DNA of 64,000 nucleotides, taken from NCBI GenBank assembly GCA_944324945.1, contig CALUYE010000007.1, forward strand, positions 2,501 through 66,500, read 5' to 3'. This document shows, piece after piece, positions 45,310 to 53,695 of this stretch. The DNA is from Candidatus Gastranaerophilales bacterium (GTDB taxonomy: Bacteria > Cyanobacteriota > Vampirovibrionia > Gastranaerophilales > Gastranaerophilaceae). The position numbers and the translations under genes were made by a program. The first letter of the stretch is position 1. Each line of letters begins with the position of its first letter. Below the pieces are notes generated by a model. It saw nothing but the letters and a program-made list of their open reading frames with translations. It made no database searches and was not told the origin of the DNA.

Positions 45310-46761
45310 CTAAATTTTTCCAAGGATATTCAATTTATAATCAAGAGGAATTTCTTCATAACATATAACGGGTATATCCATAAATAATTGAGATACAAGA
45401 ATAAATACAATTTGCCTGTATTGCTGGCATACGACAAGCACTGCGTTTTGATTGATTATGTTTTGCCTTGTTTCTTTTAAGATTTTTTTAAACTTTGAAA
45501 ATTTTGAAATGTCTATTTTGACATTTGCTTCTTCTTTATTTGTTTGTTTTTCAAGTAAATCAAGAGTATCATCATCTATTTCGTAAGCAAAAATTTCTTT
45601 ATCTTTATTTGAAACACTCTTTGCAATTTGCCTTGATAAAGCCATTCTTAATTTATCTAAAAGATCGGATTTTACGGGGTCATCCGAAAAATCGTTTAAT
45701 TTTTCAAAAATATAGACAATATCTCTAACACTCACTTTTTCTCTGATTAGTTGCACAAGGATATATTTAAGTTCTGAAACGCTTAAATAATCCCCGATGA
45801 TTGAATCCGTTAAAAATGAATTTTTTTCGTTTACAAATTCGATATATCTGTTTAAATCAGTATAATCAAAAATTTCATCAACATGAACAATGCTGTAATA
45901 GTTTAAATAATTTGCAATATATTGCGAAGCATCAATTCCTTCAAGCCAAAAATCCCTGCAATCGTTTTTATTAATCCAGATTAATTTTCTTTTTGTTAAG
46001 GGGTCTTTTGTTTTGTGAGAATTTTTCGGCGCTTTTGAAATGTTTAATTCGTCTTCAAAAAACGCAAGATGCTCAGGATACGCCTTTGCATTTATTACAC
46101 TTACCCCGTGGATATTAATTGAAAACTCAAATTCATCAAAAGAAGTGTTTTCAATAAATTGAACTTTCGGGATAATGTAGCCCAGTTCTTTTGTTAAATC
46201 CTGTCTTACTTTAAGAGTTTGAGCAACCAGGTTATTTTCGCCCGTCGGATCACAAAGACAATAGTTTTCGCTTGATAAACTTATTGATAACTTTTCTTCT
46301 CCTAAAAATTTAGACATTTTATAAGGAGATAAAACCTCGTTTAAGTCTTTTTTTAAAGAATTTAATTCGTCAATATCTTTTTTAATTTCTTCGTTTAAGA
46401 TGTCTCTTTCTTGTTCTTTAGAACTTTCAAGAAATTTTTTTATTTTTTCTATTTTGTCTTTTTTATCTTTTATTTTTTTCTGTAAATTTATACAAATCTC
46501 ATAAGGCTCTTCTTTTGTATAAAGCATGCGCTCAACGGAATTTCTGAAATTAATTATATCTTCGTTTGAATCATCCTGCATATTTTCCACTTCTTTTGTA
46601 AAAATGCAGTTATATACTATTTTTGAATTTTGCTCCGCTTCATAAATGGAATATAATTCCCAGCCTGTGCTTGACATGGCGTTAAGCGTATTTTCAAGAA
46701 GAACGGTGTCGTCTGTGGGTATTGATTTTATTGAAAATTCCTGTCTGAATTCTTTATTCAT
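45310..46761 (-). CDS. Soluble FlhA-cytoplasmic-domain (FHIPEP C-terminal) paralog with novel N-terminal domain and coiled coil
   Basis: Residues ~165-483 are collinear with FlhA_C: VRQDLTKELGYIIPKVQFIENTS..EFSINIHGV, LIWINKND, IANYLNYYSIVHVDEIF, LVQLIREKVSVRDIVYIFEKLND, LRMALSRQI. No TM segments. N-terminus contains GWELYSIYE (DUF4177-like). Residues ~90-150 are K/E-rich coiled coil. Confidence 0.7.
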   Translation of the reverse strand: MNKEFRQEFSIKSIPTDDTVLLENTLNAMSSTGWELYSIYEAEQNSKIVYNCIFTKEVENMQDDSNEDIINFRNSVERMLYTKEEPYEICINLQKKIKDKKDKIEKIKKFLESSKEQERDILNEEIKKDIDELNSLKKDLNEVLSPYKMSKFLGEEKLSISLSSENYCLCDPTGENNLVAQTLKVRQDLTKELGYIIPKVQFIENTSFDEFEFSINIHGVSVINAKAYPEHLAFFEDELNISKAPKNSHKTKDPLTKRKLIWINKNDCRDFWLEGIDASQYIANYLNYYSIVHVDEIFDYTDLNRYIEFVNEKNSFLTDSIIGDYLSVSELKYILVQLIREKVSVRDIVYIFEKLNDFSDDPVKSDLLDKLRMALSRQIAKSVSNKDKEIFAYEIDDDTLDLLEKQTNKEEANVKIDISKFSKFKKILKETRQNIINQNAVLVVCQQYRQIVFILVSQLFMDIPVICYEEIPLDYKLNILGKI

Positions 46762-46793
46762 AATTTTATTTTAACACAACAAAAAAATTTTCA

Positions 46794-46824
46794 TAAAAAA
46801 AGCTCTTGTTTGCTTACAAGAGCT
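46794..46824 (-). terminator. Intrinsic-terminator-like hairpin in the 5' leader of the FlhA_C-like gene
   Basis: Minus strand reads AGCTCTTGT-aagcaa-ACAAGAGCT followed by TTTTTTT. It lies 33 nt upstream of ATG 46761 and downstream of a candidate promoter TTGAAA (46870-46865)-N18-TATAAA (46846-46841). Confidence 0.5.
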
Positions 46825-46926
46825 AGTAGCAAATACGGCATTTATAATTTTTAAGACGTAATTTTTTCAAAAAAGTTTCAAAATATATTGCTTAATTTTT
46901 AAATAAAATTTATAATTAGAAAGGAT

Positions 46927-47574
46927 ATGAATATTATAAGAGTAAAAAAGCTAAAAGCTTTCACGCTGGCTGAAATTTTAATAGTTGTTATGATAATTGG
47001 CGTTATATCGATTCTGGCGCTCAGGAGTTTGAACACTAAAAATTTTGAAGAAAAGCAATTTCAGGCAAGTGCATATAAAATCGTTGAAGAATTCCAACAG
47101 GCAAGCGTTAAAGTTCGTGAAATTGAAACCGAAAGCTGTCCTGCAAGCCAATTTGCAGTTGATATAATGGGTGATAAAGAATACGCAATCTATAAAGACG
47201 GCTCTCTTGCAAATACGCAGCAAGTAATGGATATGTATTCGAATTATCTTAAAATGGAAAATATGGGGCTTAATTTTTGTGATATTACAACCGCATTCTC
47301 GGCTGATTATTGCGCAGGCGCTGCAGCCGGTCAAATAATAGGTGCAAAAGTTGCAGGCGATATGTATGTAGGTTTGGAAGTAATTGCAGACACAAGCTCC
47401 GGCGAGCTTGGGGATTGTCCATCATATTACAGAGTTAATCCAAATACTTTAGTCAACGGAAACGGAAAATGCTGGGGCAGATTGTATTTTGATGCAAACG
47501 GCAAAAAAGGACCCAATGTATTTGGCCAGGATGCATTTGTGTTTGGTTTAGATGAATCAGGGGTTATTTATTAA
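46927..47574 (+). CDS. Prepilin-type N-terminal cleavage/methylation domain protein (4th, divergent type)
   Basis: KLKA|FTLAEILIVVMIIGVISILAL. C-terminal YFDANGKKGPNVFGQDAFVFGLDESG motif, common in pilin-like proteins. Not a member of the 3-paralog family. Confidence 0.8.
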   Translation: MNIIRVKKLKAFTLAEILIVVMIIGVISILALRSLNTKNFEEKQFQASAYKIVEEFQQASVKVREIETESCPASQFAVDIMGDKEYAIYKDGSLANTQQVMDMYSNYLKMENMGLNFCDITTAFSADYCAGAAAGQIIGAKVAGDMYVGLEVIADTSSGELGDCPSYYRVNPNTLVNGNGKCWGRLYFDANGKKGPNVFGQDAFVFGLDESGVIY

Positions 47575-48500
47575 TCAAAACCGAAACTTTTAATTATATT
47601 TTTATCTTTAAGCCAGTTTTTTTGAACTTTTACAAAAAGCTCAAGATAAACTTTCTTATCAACAATATTTTCAAGCTCTAATCTTGATTGGGTTCCTATT
47701 TTTTTTAACATCGAGCCTGATTTGCCAATCAGGATTCCTTTTTGGCTTTCGTTATTTACAATGATTTTTGCTTTTATCTTATCGGTTTTATCCGTTTCTT
47801 TGTATTCTTCAATCAAAACGGCAACGCTGTGGGGAACTTCATCTTTTGTATTAAGTATAATTTTTTCTCTTATTATTTCACAGGCAATATCTCTCATATT
47901 GGAATCTGTTATTGTATCGCTATCGTAATATTTATCGCCGTTTGGAAGGTAAGTTTTAATTTTTTCAATTAAATCGTTAATATTTCTTCCTGTTTTTGCG
48001 CTTATTTTGATTGAATCGATATTTTTTTCAATCATTTTTTTATATGTATAAAAATTTAAATCTCTTTTTTCTATACTTTTAATTAAATCAACTTTATTTG
48101 CAACCAATAAGACAGGTGCTTTTGCATTTTTTAAATAATTTTCCCATATCCATTTATCTCCCTTGGTAGAGGGTATAGTTACATCGATTAAAAATAAAAT
48201 TAAATCAACATCCGATATTGCTTCTTCGCTTTGGCTTGAAAGATATTTACCGAGTTCGTTTAAGGGTTTGTGAATACCCGGGGTATCTATTAAAATAATT
48301 TGAGAATTAGAATCCGTGTAAATTCCTTTTAAATTTTTTCTTGTTGTCTGTTTTAGAGGGGTTGCAATTGAAATTTTTTGTCCCAGAATTTGATTTAAAA
48401 GAGTGGATTTACCTGCATTAGGCCGAGCAACAAGACAAACAACACCTGATTTAAAAGATGCATTTGAATTATCAATATTTATTGTATTATTTTGTTTCAT
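47571..48500 (-). CDS. era: GTPase Era
   Basis: G1 ARPNAGKST, G3 DTPG, G4 NKVD, and a C-terminal KH domain (GKSGSMLKKIG). Confidence 0.95.
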   Translation of the reverse strand: MKQNNTINIDNSNASFKSGVVCLVARPNAGKSTLLNQILGQKISIATPLKQTTRKNLKGIYTDSNSQIILIDTPGIHKPLNELGKYLSSQSEEAISDVDLILFLIDVTIPSTKGDKWIWENYLKNAKAPVLLVANKVDLIKSIEKRDLNFYTYKKMIEKNIDSIKISAKTGRNINDLIEKIKTYLPNGDKYYDSDTITDSNMRDIACEIIREKIILNTKDEVPHSVAVLIEEYKETDKTDKIKAKIIVNNESQKGILIGKSGSMLKKIGTQSRLELENIVDKKVYLELFVKVQKNWLKDKNIIKSFGFD

Positions 48501-48572
48501 TTTTCTTTAATTTTTTACAAAAAACGCTTATTTATATTATAATGTTAATAATTATAGAACCAAAATAAAATA

Positions 48573-50240
48573 ATGAAAAGGATAGTAATAGTGAAACGAA
48601 TTTTCAATAAAATTTTTATTTCGGCTTTAGTTTTATTTTCTGTTGTAAATTCCGTTATATCGGCTGAATCCGAGTATAAAAATTCCCTAATGAAAGTTGA
48701 ACTTTTAAAACAAAATGAAAATTCTTATAATATAAATTTATATACGCAAAAAAAATTTTTAGAACCTGTTAAGGTAATTAAAAAAAGCGATTTAAACTAT
48801 TATATCCTTTTACCTGAAACAAAAAATACGGCATCTGAAACACTAATCCCAAAAACGGATATAAGAAGTGTATCTATTAACTTATATCCTTATATGGGGC
48901 AGGAAGTTAATAATGGCTATACAAAAATCAACATAAATACAACAAAACCGATAAATTTTAATATAAACGTAAAGCAACTGAGCCAAAACAATATAAAAAA
49001 GAATACTTTAGCTAAAAATACACAAAAAACACCAAACGAAAATAAAAAACAGGCTAATTTAAATACGCCTCAAAAAAAAAATCAGAATTTTTCAAAATCT
49101 TCAAAAAGTATAAAACCTTCTGTTAAAAAACAAGAAAAAATTGAAAAACAGGAAACAAAAAAAGAACAACCAAAAAAACAAGTTCAAAACAAAAAAATAA
49201 ACAAAACCGATGATACTAAAAATGAACCCTCTTTAAAAACAGCACCCGTATTAATCCCCGAACCTTTTGAAGATGAAAATAATCAATTACAAGTACAAGA
49301 AGAAAATATCGAAAATATTGAAGCAGAAATTATTGATAATACAAAAAACGATAAAATTATAAACAAACAAAAGCCTGATAGTTTTATTGATTCATTTAAA
49401 AAAACACTTTATCAAAAATATCCTTCAATATATAACTTAAAGCAAAAAATCAAAAATAAATTTGCGCTTTTAAATATCAGCCTTAAAAATTTTATATTAA
49501 TGATTAGCGCATCATTTTTAACATTTATATTTATACTTTTTATATTAACAAGAAAACAAAATACAACCATAAAATTAAAAAATAAAAAAGATTTATTTGA
49601 AAAATACCAGGAACCGAATATTTCAAAACAAACAACCCCAAAAAAGCAAAACAGGGGCGAATATTTTGTTTTTGATAAAAATATCAAACAAACAAGATTA
49701 AATACAAGCTCCCCAAAAAAGAAAAATTACGAACTATCCTGCTATGATCCCGATTTAAGATTGAATTATAAAAAAGATAAAAATGTAAAATATGACCTAT
49801 CGCAGGACGAGAGCGATTATGATATCATCCAAAAAATTTTAAAAGACGATAGTTTTCTAGATTATGAAGCAGAAAAAACCCCTGTTGTTTCAAGCACTCA
49901 AAAACCGAAGCAAATACAAAAACCAAAAATTGAAAAAACAAAAAAACAAGCTCCAATTAAAAAAGAAGCACGGCTTGATATCCTATCAAGTGTTGAAATA
50001 GCGCCTCAAAGAGGCTTTATATGTGTTTCATACAATAATGACATCAATCTTTTAGGTTATATTTTTGATGATGTTTTTCCTTTGTATAATTTCAAACGTC
50101 CGAAACTTGATAATTACGATATTAAATTCAGATTAACGGATAAAGACGATAAGGGTGCCAGTTTTATCGTTAAAATTGATAATGTTAAAATGGTCATAAG
50201 AGCAACCAAAAACAGTATGAATTTAGAAGTTTTAATATAA
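48573..50240 (+). CDS. Lys-rich bitopic hypothetical protein (555 aa)
   Basis: Signal peptide, an N-terminal beta-rich domain (AMIN-like impression), a long K/Q/N low-complexity linker, one central TM (FILMISASFLTFIFILFIL), and a C-terminal globular domain. Confidence 0.6.
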   Translation: MKRIVIVKRIFNKIFISALVLFSVVNSVISAESEYKNSLMKVELLKQNENSYNINLYTQKKFLEPVKVIKKSDLNYYILLPETKNTASETLIPKTDIRSVSINLYPYMGQEVNNGYTKININTTKPINFNINVKQLSQNNIKKNTLAKNTQKTPNENKKQANLNTPQKKNQNFSKSSKSIKPSVKKQEKIEKQETKKEQPKKQVQNKKINKTDDTKNEPSLKTAPVLIPEPFEDENNQLQVQEENIENIEAEIIDNTKNDKIINKQKPDSFIDSFKKTLYQKYPSIYNLKQKIKNKFALLNISLKNFILMISASFLTFIFILFILTRKQNTTIKLKNKKDLFEKYQEPNISKQTTPKKQNRGEYFVFDKNIKQTRLNTSSPKKKNYELSCYDPDLRLNYKKDKNVKYDLSQDESDYDIIQKILKDDSFLDYEAEKTPVVSSTQKPKQIQKPKIEKTKKQAPIKKEARLDILSSVEIAPQRGFICVSYNNDINLLGYIFDDVFPLYNFKRPKLDNYDIKFRLTDKDDKGASFIVKIDNVKMVIRATKNSMNLEVLI

Positions 50241-50242
50241 AT

Positions 50243-50392
50243 ATGGAAAACAAAGATAAAAAAAGTTTAAAAAAGAAAAAACAAAAACCGAAAATTAAAG
50301 CCCTTAACCCTAAAAACTGGGGTATAGATTATAATAAAAACGAATATAAAGAAATCGTTTTATCTAATTCAAACCATCCTGAATTAATGTAG
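50243..50392 (+). CDS. Possible small Lys-rich ORF (49 aa)
   Basis: ATG 2 nt after the stop of the 555-aa gene. Product MENKDKKSLKKKKQKPKIKALNPKNWGIDYNKNEYKEIVLSNSNHPELM. No clear SD. Overlaps the convergent gene end by 9 nt. Confidence 0.2.
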   Translation: MENKDKKSLKKKKQKPKIKALNPKNWGIDYNKNEYKEIVLSNSNHPELM

Positions 50393-50959
50393 GTTCTGGT
50401 TTTGTGATTCCATTTGTTGCTGCATTGAATCAGCGGATTTCATTTCCTGTAATCTTTGTTGTCCGTTCATAACAACTTGATACAATCTGTTTAAATCCTG
50501 TTCAAGATTGTTTAAAAGCTGCTGTGCGTATTCTTGCGATTCTTCTTTCATTTTGATTGATTCGTTTTTAGCACTCAATCTAAGCTCTTGAGCTTCGTTA
50601 AACGCAGCCATTTTAATTTGCTGGCATTCTTCAAAGACTGTTTGTCTGAATTTTTCGGCATGCTCTTCCATGGCTTTATTTAAGCTTGATTCGTTAAGAA
50701 GCTTGTATCTTTCGTTTTCGGCATCTTGAATTATGCGCTCAGCACGGTGTTTTGCTTCTTGAATTATTTCGTCCTTTTTCTTTAAAATAATTCTTGCATC
50801 ATTAATCTCATCCGAAATTGCATTTGGAAAAGCATTGACGATTTTATACAATTCTTTTGTATTTACAATCATACGACCCGGAAATATCGGAATACCGTCA
50901 TCGCATAATGTGCTTAAATCGTTTATTAAATCAAACATTTTATCTATTGATTCTGCCAT
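50384..50959 (-). CDS. Hypothetical coiled-coil protein (191 aa)
   Basis: Long E/K/Q/A heptad-like region (IIQEAKHRAERIIQDAENERYKLLNES...). Sits directly downstream of coaD. Confidence 0.6.
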   Translation of the reverse strand: MAESIDKMFDLINDLSTLCDDGIPIFPGRMIVNTKELYKIVNAFPNAISDEINDARIILKKKDEIIQEAKHRAERIIQDAENERYKLLNESSLNKAMEEHAEKFRQTVFEECQQIKMAAFNEAQELRLSAKNESIKMKEESQEYAQQLLNNLEQDLNRLYQVVMNGQQRLQEMKSADSMQQQMESQNQNLH

Positions 50960-50963
50960 ATAT

Positions 50964-51476
50964 TTATAACCTTTCCTGTGTTTTATTCATTTTATTTAAA
51001 TATTCTACCACATTTTCGGGTACAAATTTAGATATGTCCGTATTATGGTTTGACAATTCTCTTACTATACTTGATGAGATAAAATTGTGCTCCGGTCTTG
51101 TGGATAAAAATACGGTATCAATTTCATGCGCTATTACCTGGTTTGTCTGACAAAGCTGCACTTCATATTCAAAATCGGTAATGGTTCTAAGACCTCTTAT
51201 TAAAAATTTTGCTCCGATTTTTCTTGCATAATCAACGGTCAAACCGTCAAAAAAATCAACCTTTACGTTTTTAAAATTATTTACGGCTTCTTTTATTAAA
51301 GAAACTCTTGTTTGAACGTCTAAAAAAGGTTTTTTGGTTGGATGATTTAAAACGGCAATAACAACTTCGTCGAACATTCTGCTTGCGCGCTCAAGCACAT
51401 CAAGATGTCCGTTTGTAATTGGATCGAAACTGCCCGGATAAAGTGCAATTTTTTTATCGTATGTTGCATTTGTCAT
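50964..51476 (-). CDS. coaD: Phosphopantetheine adenylyltransferase
   Basis: ALYPGSFDPITNGHLDVLERA and ISSSIVRE. Confidence 0.95.
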   Translation of the reverse strand: MTNATYDKKIALYPGSFDPITNGHLDVLERASRMFDEVVIAVLNHPTKKPFLDVQTRVSLIKEAVNNFKNVKVDFFDGLTVDYARKIGAKFLIRGLRTITDFEYEVQLCQTNQVIAHEIDTVFLSTRPEHNFISSSIVRELSNHNTDISKFVPENVVEYLNKMNKTQERL

Positions 51477-51562
51477 ATTTTAATTATAGTATCAAAAAAT
51501 TTATATAATCAAATTCATAACAGCTTTTTTAAAAAATGTATAAATTTCTTTACAATACACGT

Positions 51563-52150
51563 TTATTCAGGTTCCTCTTCTATTCCGAAAATTTGATTTT
51601 CGATTATATTAATTAACCTGTCCTGCCAGCCTGCGTCTTTTTTAATAAAGATATCGGCACCTCCGTTTAGACATTTTATTTTATCTTCGGTTTTATTGGA
51701 TGCCGTAATTACTATAATTTTTGTGTTTAAGTTGTTTTTTGTAATAATTTTTTTCGTTTCATGAAGCAAAGTATAACCTTCTTGTTCGGTTGAAACAAAT
51801 AAGTCCATGATTATATAGTCATATTTATTGTTTGCAAAAGAATTCATTGCTCCAAAAACATCTTTTGAAACATGAACATTGTATCCTATATTTTTTAATA
51901 AAATTTTTAACTGATAAGTTACGATTCCTATATCGTCAACAACTAAAATATTATTTGTTTCTCTATCCATCGCCTGAAAGCCTTCTTCTTCCGAAATTGT
52001 TTCAGGATTTACCAGAGATTTTAATTTAAAAATGCATTCAAAAAAAGCTTCTTCACTGTATTTTTCGGGAATTTTTAAACCCGCAATATTAAAAAGTTCG
52101 TTTGCAATTTCTTTATTTATTTCAACTGTTTGTTTTATTTCTTCTTCCAT
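51563..52150 (-). CDS. CheY-like single-domain response regulator with ~65-aa N-terminal extension
   Basis: ILVVDDIG, acceptor YIIMDLFV, ITAS and IFIKKD: all receiver signature residues are present. Start overlaps the fliN stop. Confidence 0.8.
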   Translation of the reverse strand: MEEEIKQTVEINKEIANELFNIAGLKIPEKYSEEAFFECIFKLKSLVNPETISEEEGFQAMDRETNNILVVDDIGIVTYQLKILLKNIGYNVHVSKDVFGAMNSFANNKYDYIIMDLFVSTEQEGYTLLHETKKIITKNNLNTKIIVITASNKTEDKIKCLNGGADIFIKKDAGWQDRLINIIENQIFGIEEEPE

Positions 52151-52151
52151 A

Positions 52152-52484
52152 CTAGCCTAACATTTCATTATAATTTTCATTATTTTGCACATCAGTTATT
52201 CTTAACCCGAAGTTATCTTCAACTATAACAACTTCGCCTCTTGCGACCTCTTGCCCGTTTGCCAAAAGCTTAACCGGTTCCGTTGTTTTATTTTCAAGTT
52301 CAATAACGGAACCTTTTGTTAAATCTAAAATTTCAGTTAAAGACATTTTTGTTTCACCCAAGATTGCAGACAACTCAAGTTCAACATCTAAAATAAGATT
52401 GTAGGTTTTAGATGTTTGGCTTTTTTTTGGTCTTTCGCAATTTTCAAGACTTGATATATCAAGATTTTTGGGCTCTTGCGGCAA
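52152..52484 (-). CDS. fliN: Flagellar motor switch protein FliN
   Basis: SpoA domain: LDVELELSAILGETKMSLTEILDLTKGSVIELE...LLANGQEVARGEVVIVEDNFGLRI. Confidence 0.9.
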   Translation of the reverse strand: MPQEPKNLDISSLENCERPKKSQTSKTYNLILDVELELSAILGETKMSLTEILDLTKGSVIELENKTTEPVKLLANGQEVARGEVVIVEDNFGLRITDVQNNENYNEMLG

Positions 52485-52487
52485 AAT

Positions 52488-53441
52488 TTACTCCTTTATT
52501 TTGTATTGATCAACAATTTTTATACATACTTTATTGTTAATTACCCCCGGAATTACAAAAAATTTCTTCTTTTTGTTAACACAGGCAATTAATTCTTCAT
52601 TTAACTTTTGATCTAATTTTATAACATCGTTTATTTTTAAATCAAGCACATCATTTATTTGAAGCTTTGTCTTACCGAGTATGACCTGCATTTCAAGATA
52701 TGCACCTTTAATTTTTTCTAATGTTTCATTCCTTCCGACTTCGTTTGATGCAACGCTTGCATGCTGATATATATATTGAGGCGTTAATTTTGGTAAAACC
52801 GTTTCTAAAACAGGATACGGGAAACAAAGATTCATTAAGCCGAAATTCTTTTGTCCCAATCTTACTTCAAAAGAAATAAGCGAGACGATTTCGCCGTTTG
52901 TTGTAATGGGGACGGAATGATATCCGTTAGCCAAGGCGACAAATTCCGATTTAACGGGCAATATGGCGCTCCATGATTCTTCAAGTATTTTTATTATTTT
53001 TTCGGTGAATTTTGTTGTTAAAAGTTCTTCAATTTGTGTTAATTCTTTCCCATGTTCATTTACAATGCCTGCACCTCCAAGCATCCTGTCTAATACAACA
53101 GCCAAAACATCAGGACTCATGCCCATAGAAACTTCACCCGTTAAGGGGTTTAATTTAAATACCATGTTTTGAATATTGCTTGGCATTGAACAGATATATT
53201 CTTCATAAGTCAATTGATCAACGGAAATTACATCAATTCTTACTTCCATTCTTAAATATGCCGTTAAAATCTGCGCAAGATGGCGGACAAAATCACGGTG
53301 AATATCCTGTAGGGCTTTTAAATGTTCTTTTGAGAATTTATCGGGGCGCCTGAAATTATAAAGCTTACAGCCTCTTACAAGCTCGTTGGTGATAATATTT
53401 TCCTCGATATTTTCTTCGCTAAAATTTTGATTTTCCATCAT
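52488..53441 (-). CDS. fliM: Flagellar motor switch protein FliM
   Basis: LYNFRRPDKFSKEHLKALQDIHRDF..., LDRMLGG, and a C-terminal SpoA-like domain. Confidence 0.9.
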   Translation of the reverse strand: MMENQNFSEENIEENIITNELVRGCKLYNFRRPDKFSKEHLKALQDIHRDFVRHLAQILTAYLRMEVRIDVISVDQLTYEEYICSMPSNIQNMVFKLNPLTGEVSMGMSPDVLAVVLDRMLGGAGIVNEHGKELTQIEELLTTKFTEKIIKILEESWSAILPVKSEFVALANGYHSVPITTNGEIVSLISFEVRLGQKNFGLMNLCFPYPVLETVLPKLTPQYIYQHASVASNEVGRNETLEKIKGAYLEMQVILGKTKLQINDVLDLKINDVIKLDQKLNEELIACVNKKKKFFVIPGVINNKVCIKIVDQYKIKE

Positions 53442-53523
53442 TAATAAAAAGTATACTTTCCTATCCCATAATACTATTTTAGCATTCTTTTGTCCATCAT
53501 ATCAAAAGATGAAGAAAACAGCC

Positions 53524-53694
53524 TTAAAGAATATACCCGTTTACATTTAGCGTTAATTCGTTATTTTTTATATCAACAATAGACCATCTTAGAGGTTCTA
53601 TTTTAAATTCTTTAATTTTATTTTCAATAAAATTAACACAAGGAGGCAGTTTATCGCATTTTATTACAATTGTTTTTGATATAATTTCATTCAT
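53524..53694 (-). CDS. Unannotated small ORF (56 aa)
   Basis: ATG 1 nt after the nupC stop. Product MNEIISKTIVIKCDKLPPCVNFIENKIKEFKIEPLRWSIVDIKNNELTLNVNGYIL. Fills most of the nupC-fliM gap on the same strand. Confidence 0.3.
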   Translation of the reverse strand: MNEIISKTIVIKCDKLPPCVNFIENKIKEFKIEPLRWSIVDIKNNELTLNVNGYIL

Positions 53695-53695
53695 T

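Noticed and set aside
46978-47334. 118-aa ORF antisense to the fourth pilin-like gene
   Set aside because: The plus frame has a canonical prepilin N-terminus and SD; the antisense product is Cys/Phe/Ile-rich noise.
50384-50959. Calling the coiled-coil protein an ATP synthase b / V-ATPase subunit
   Set aside because: The only resemblance is generic E/K/A/Q coiled-coil composition. There is no TM anchor and no atp gene context.
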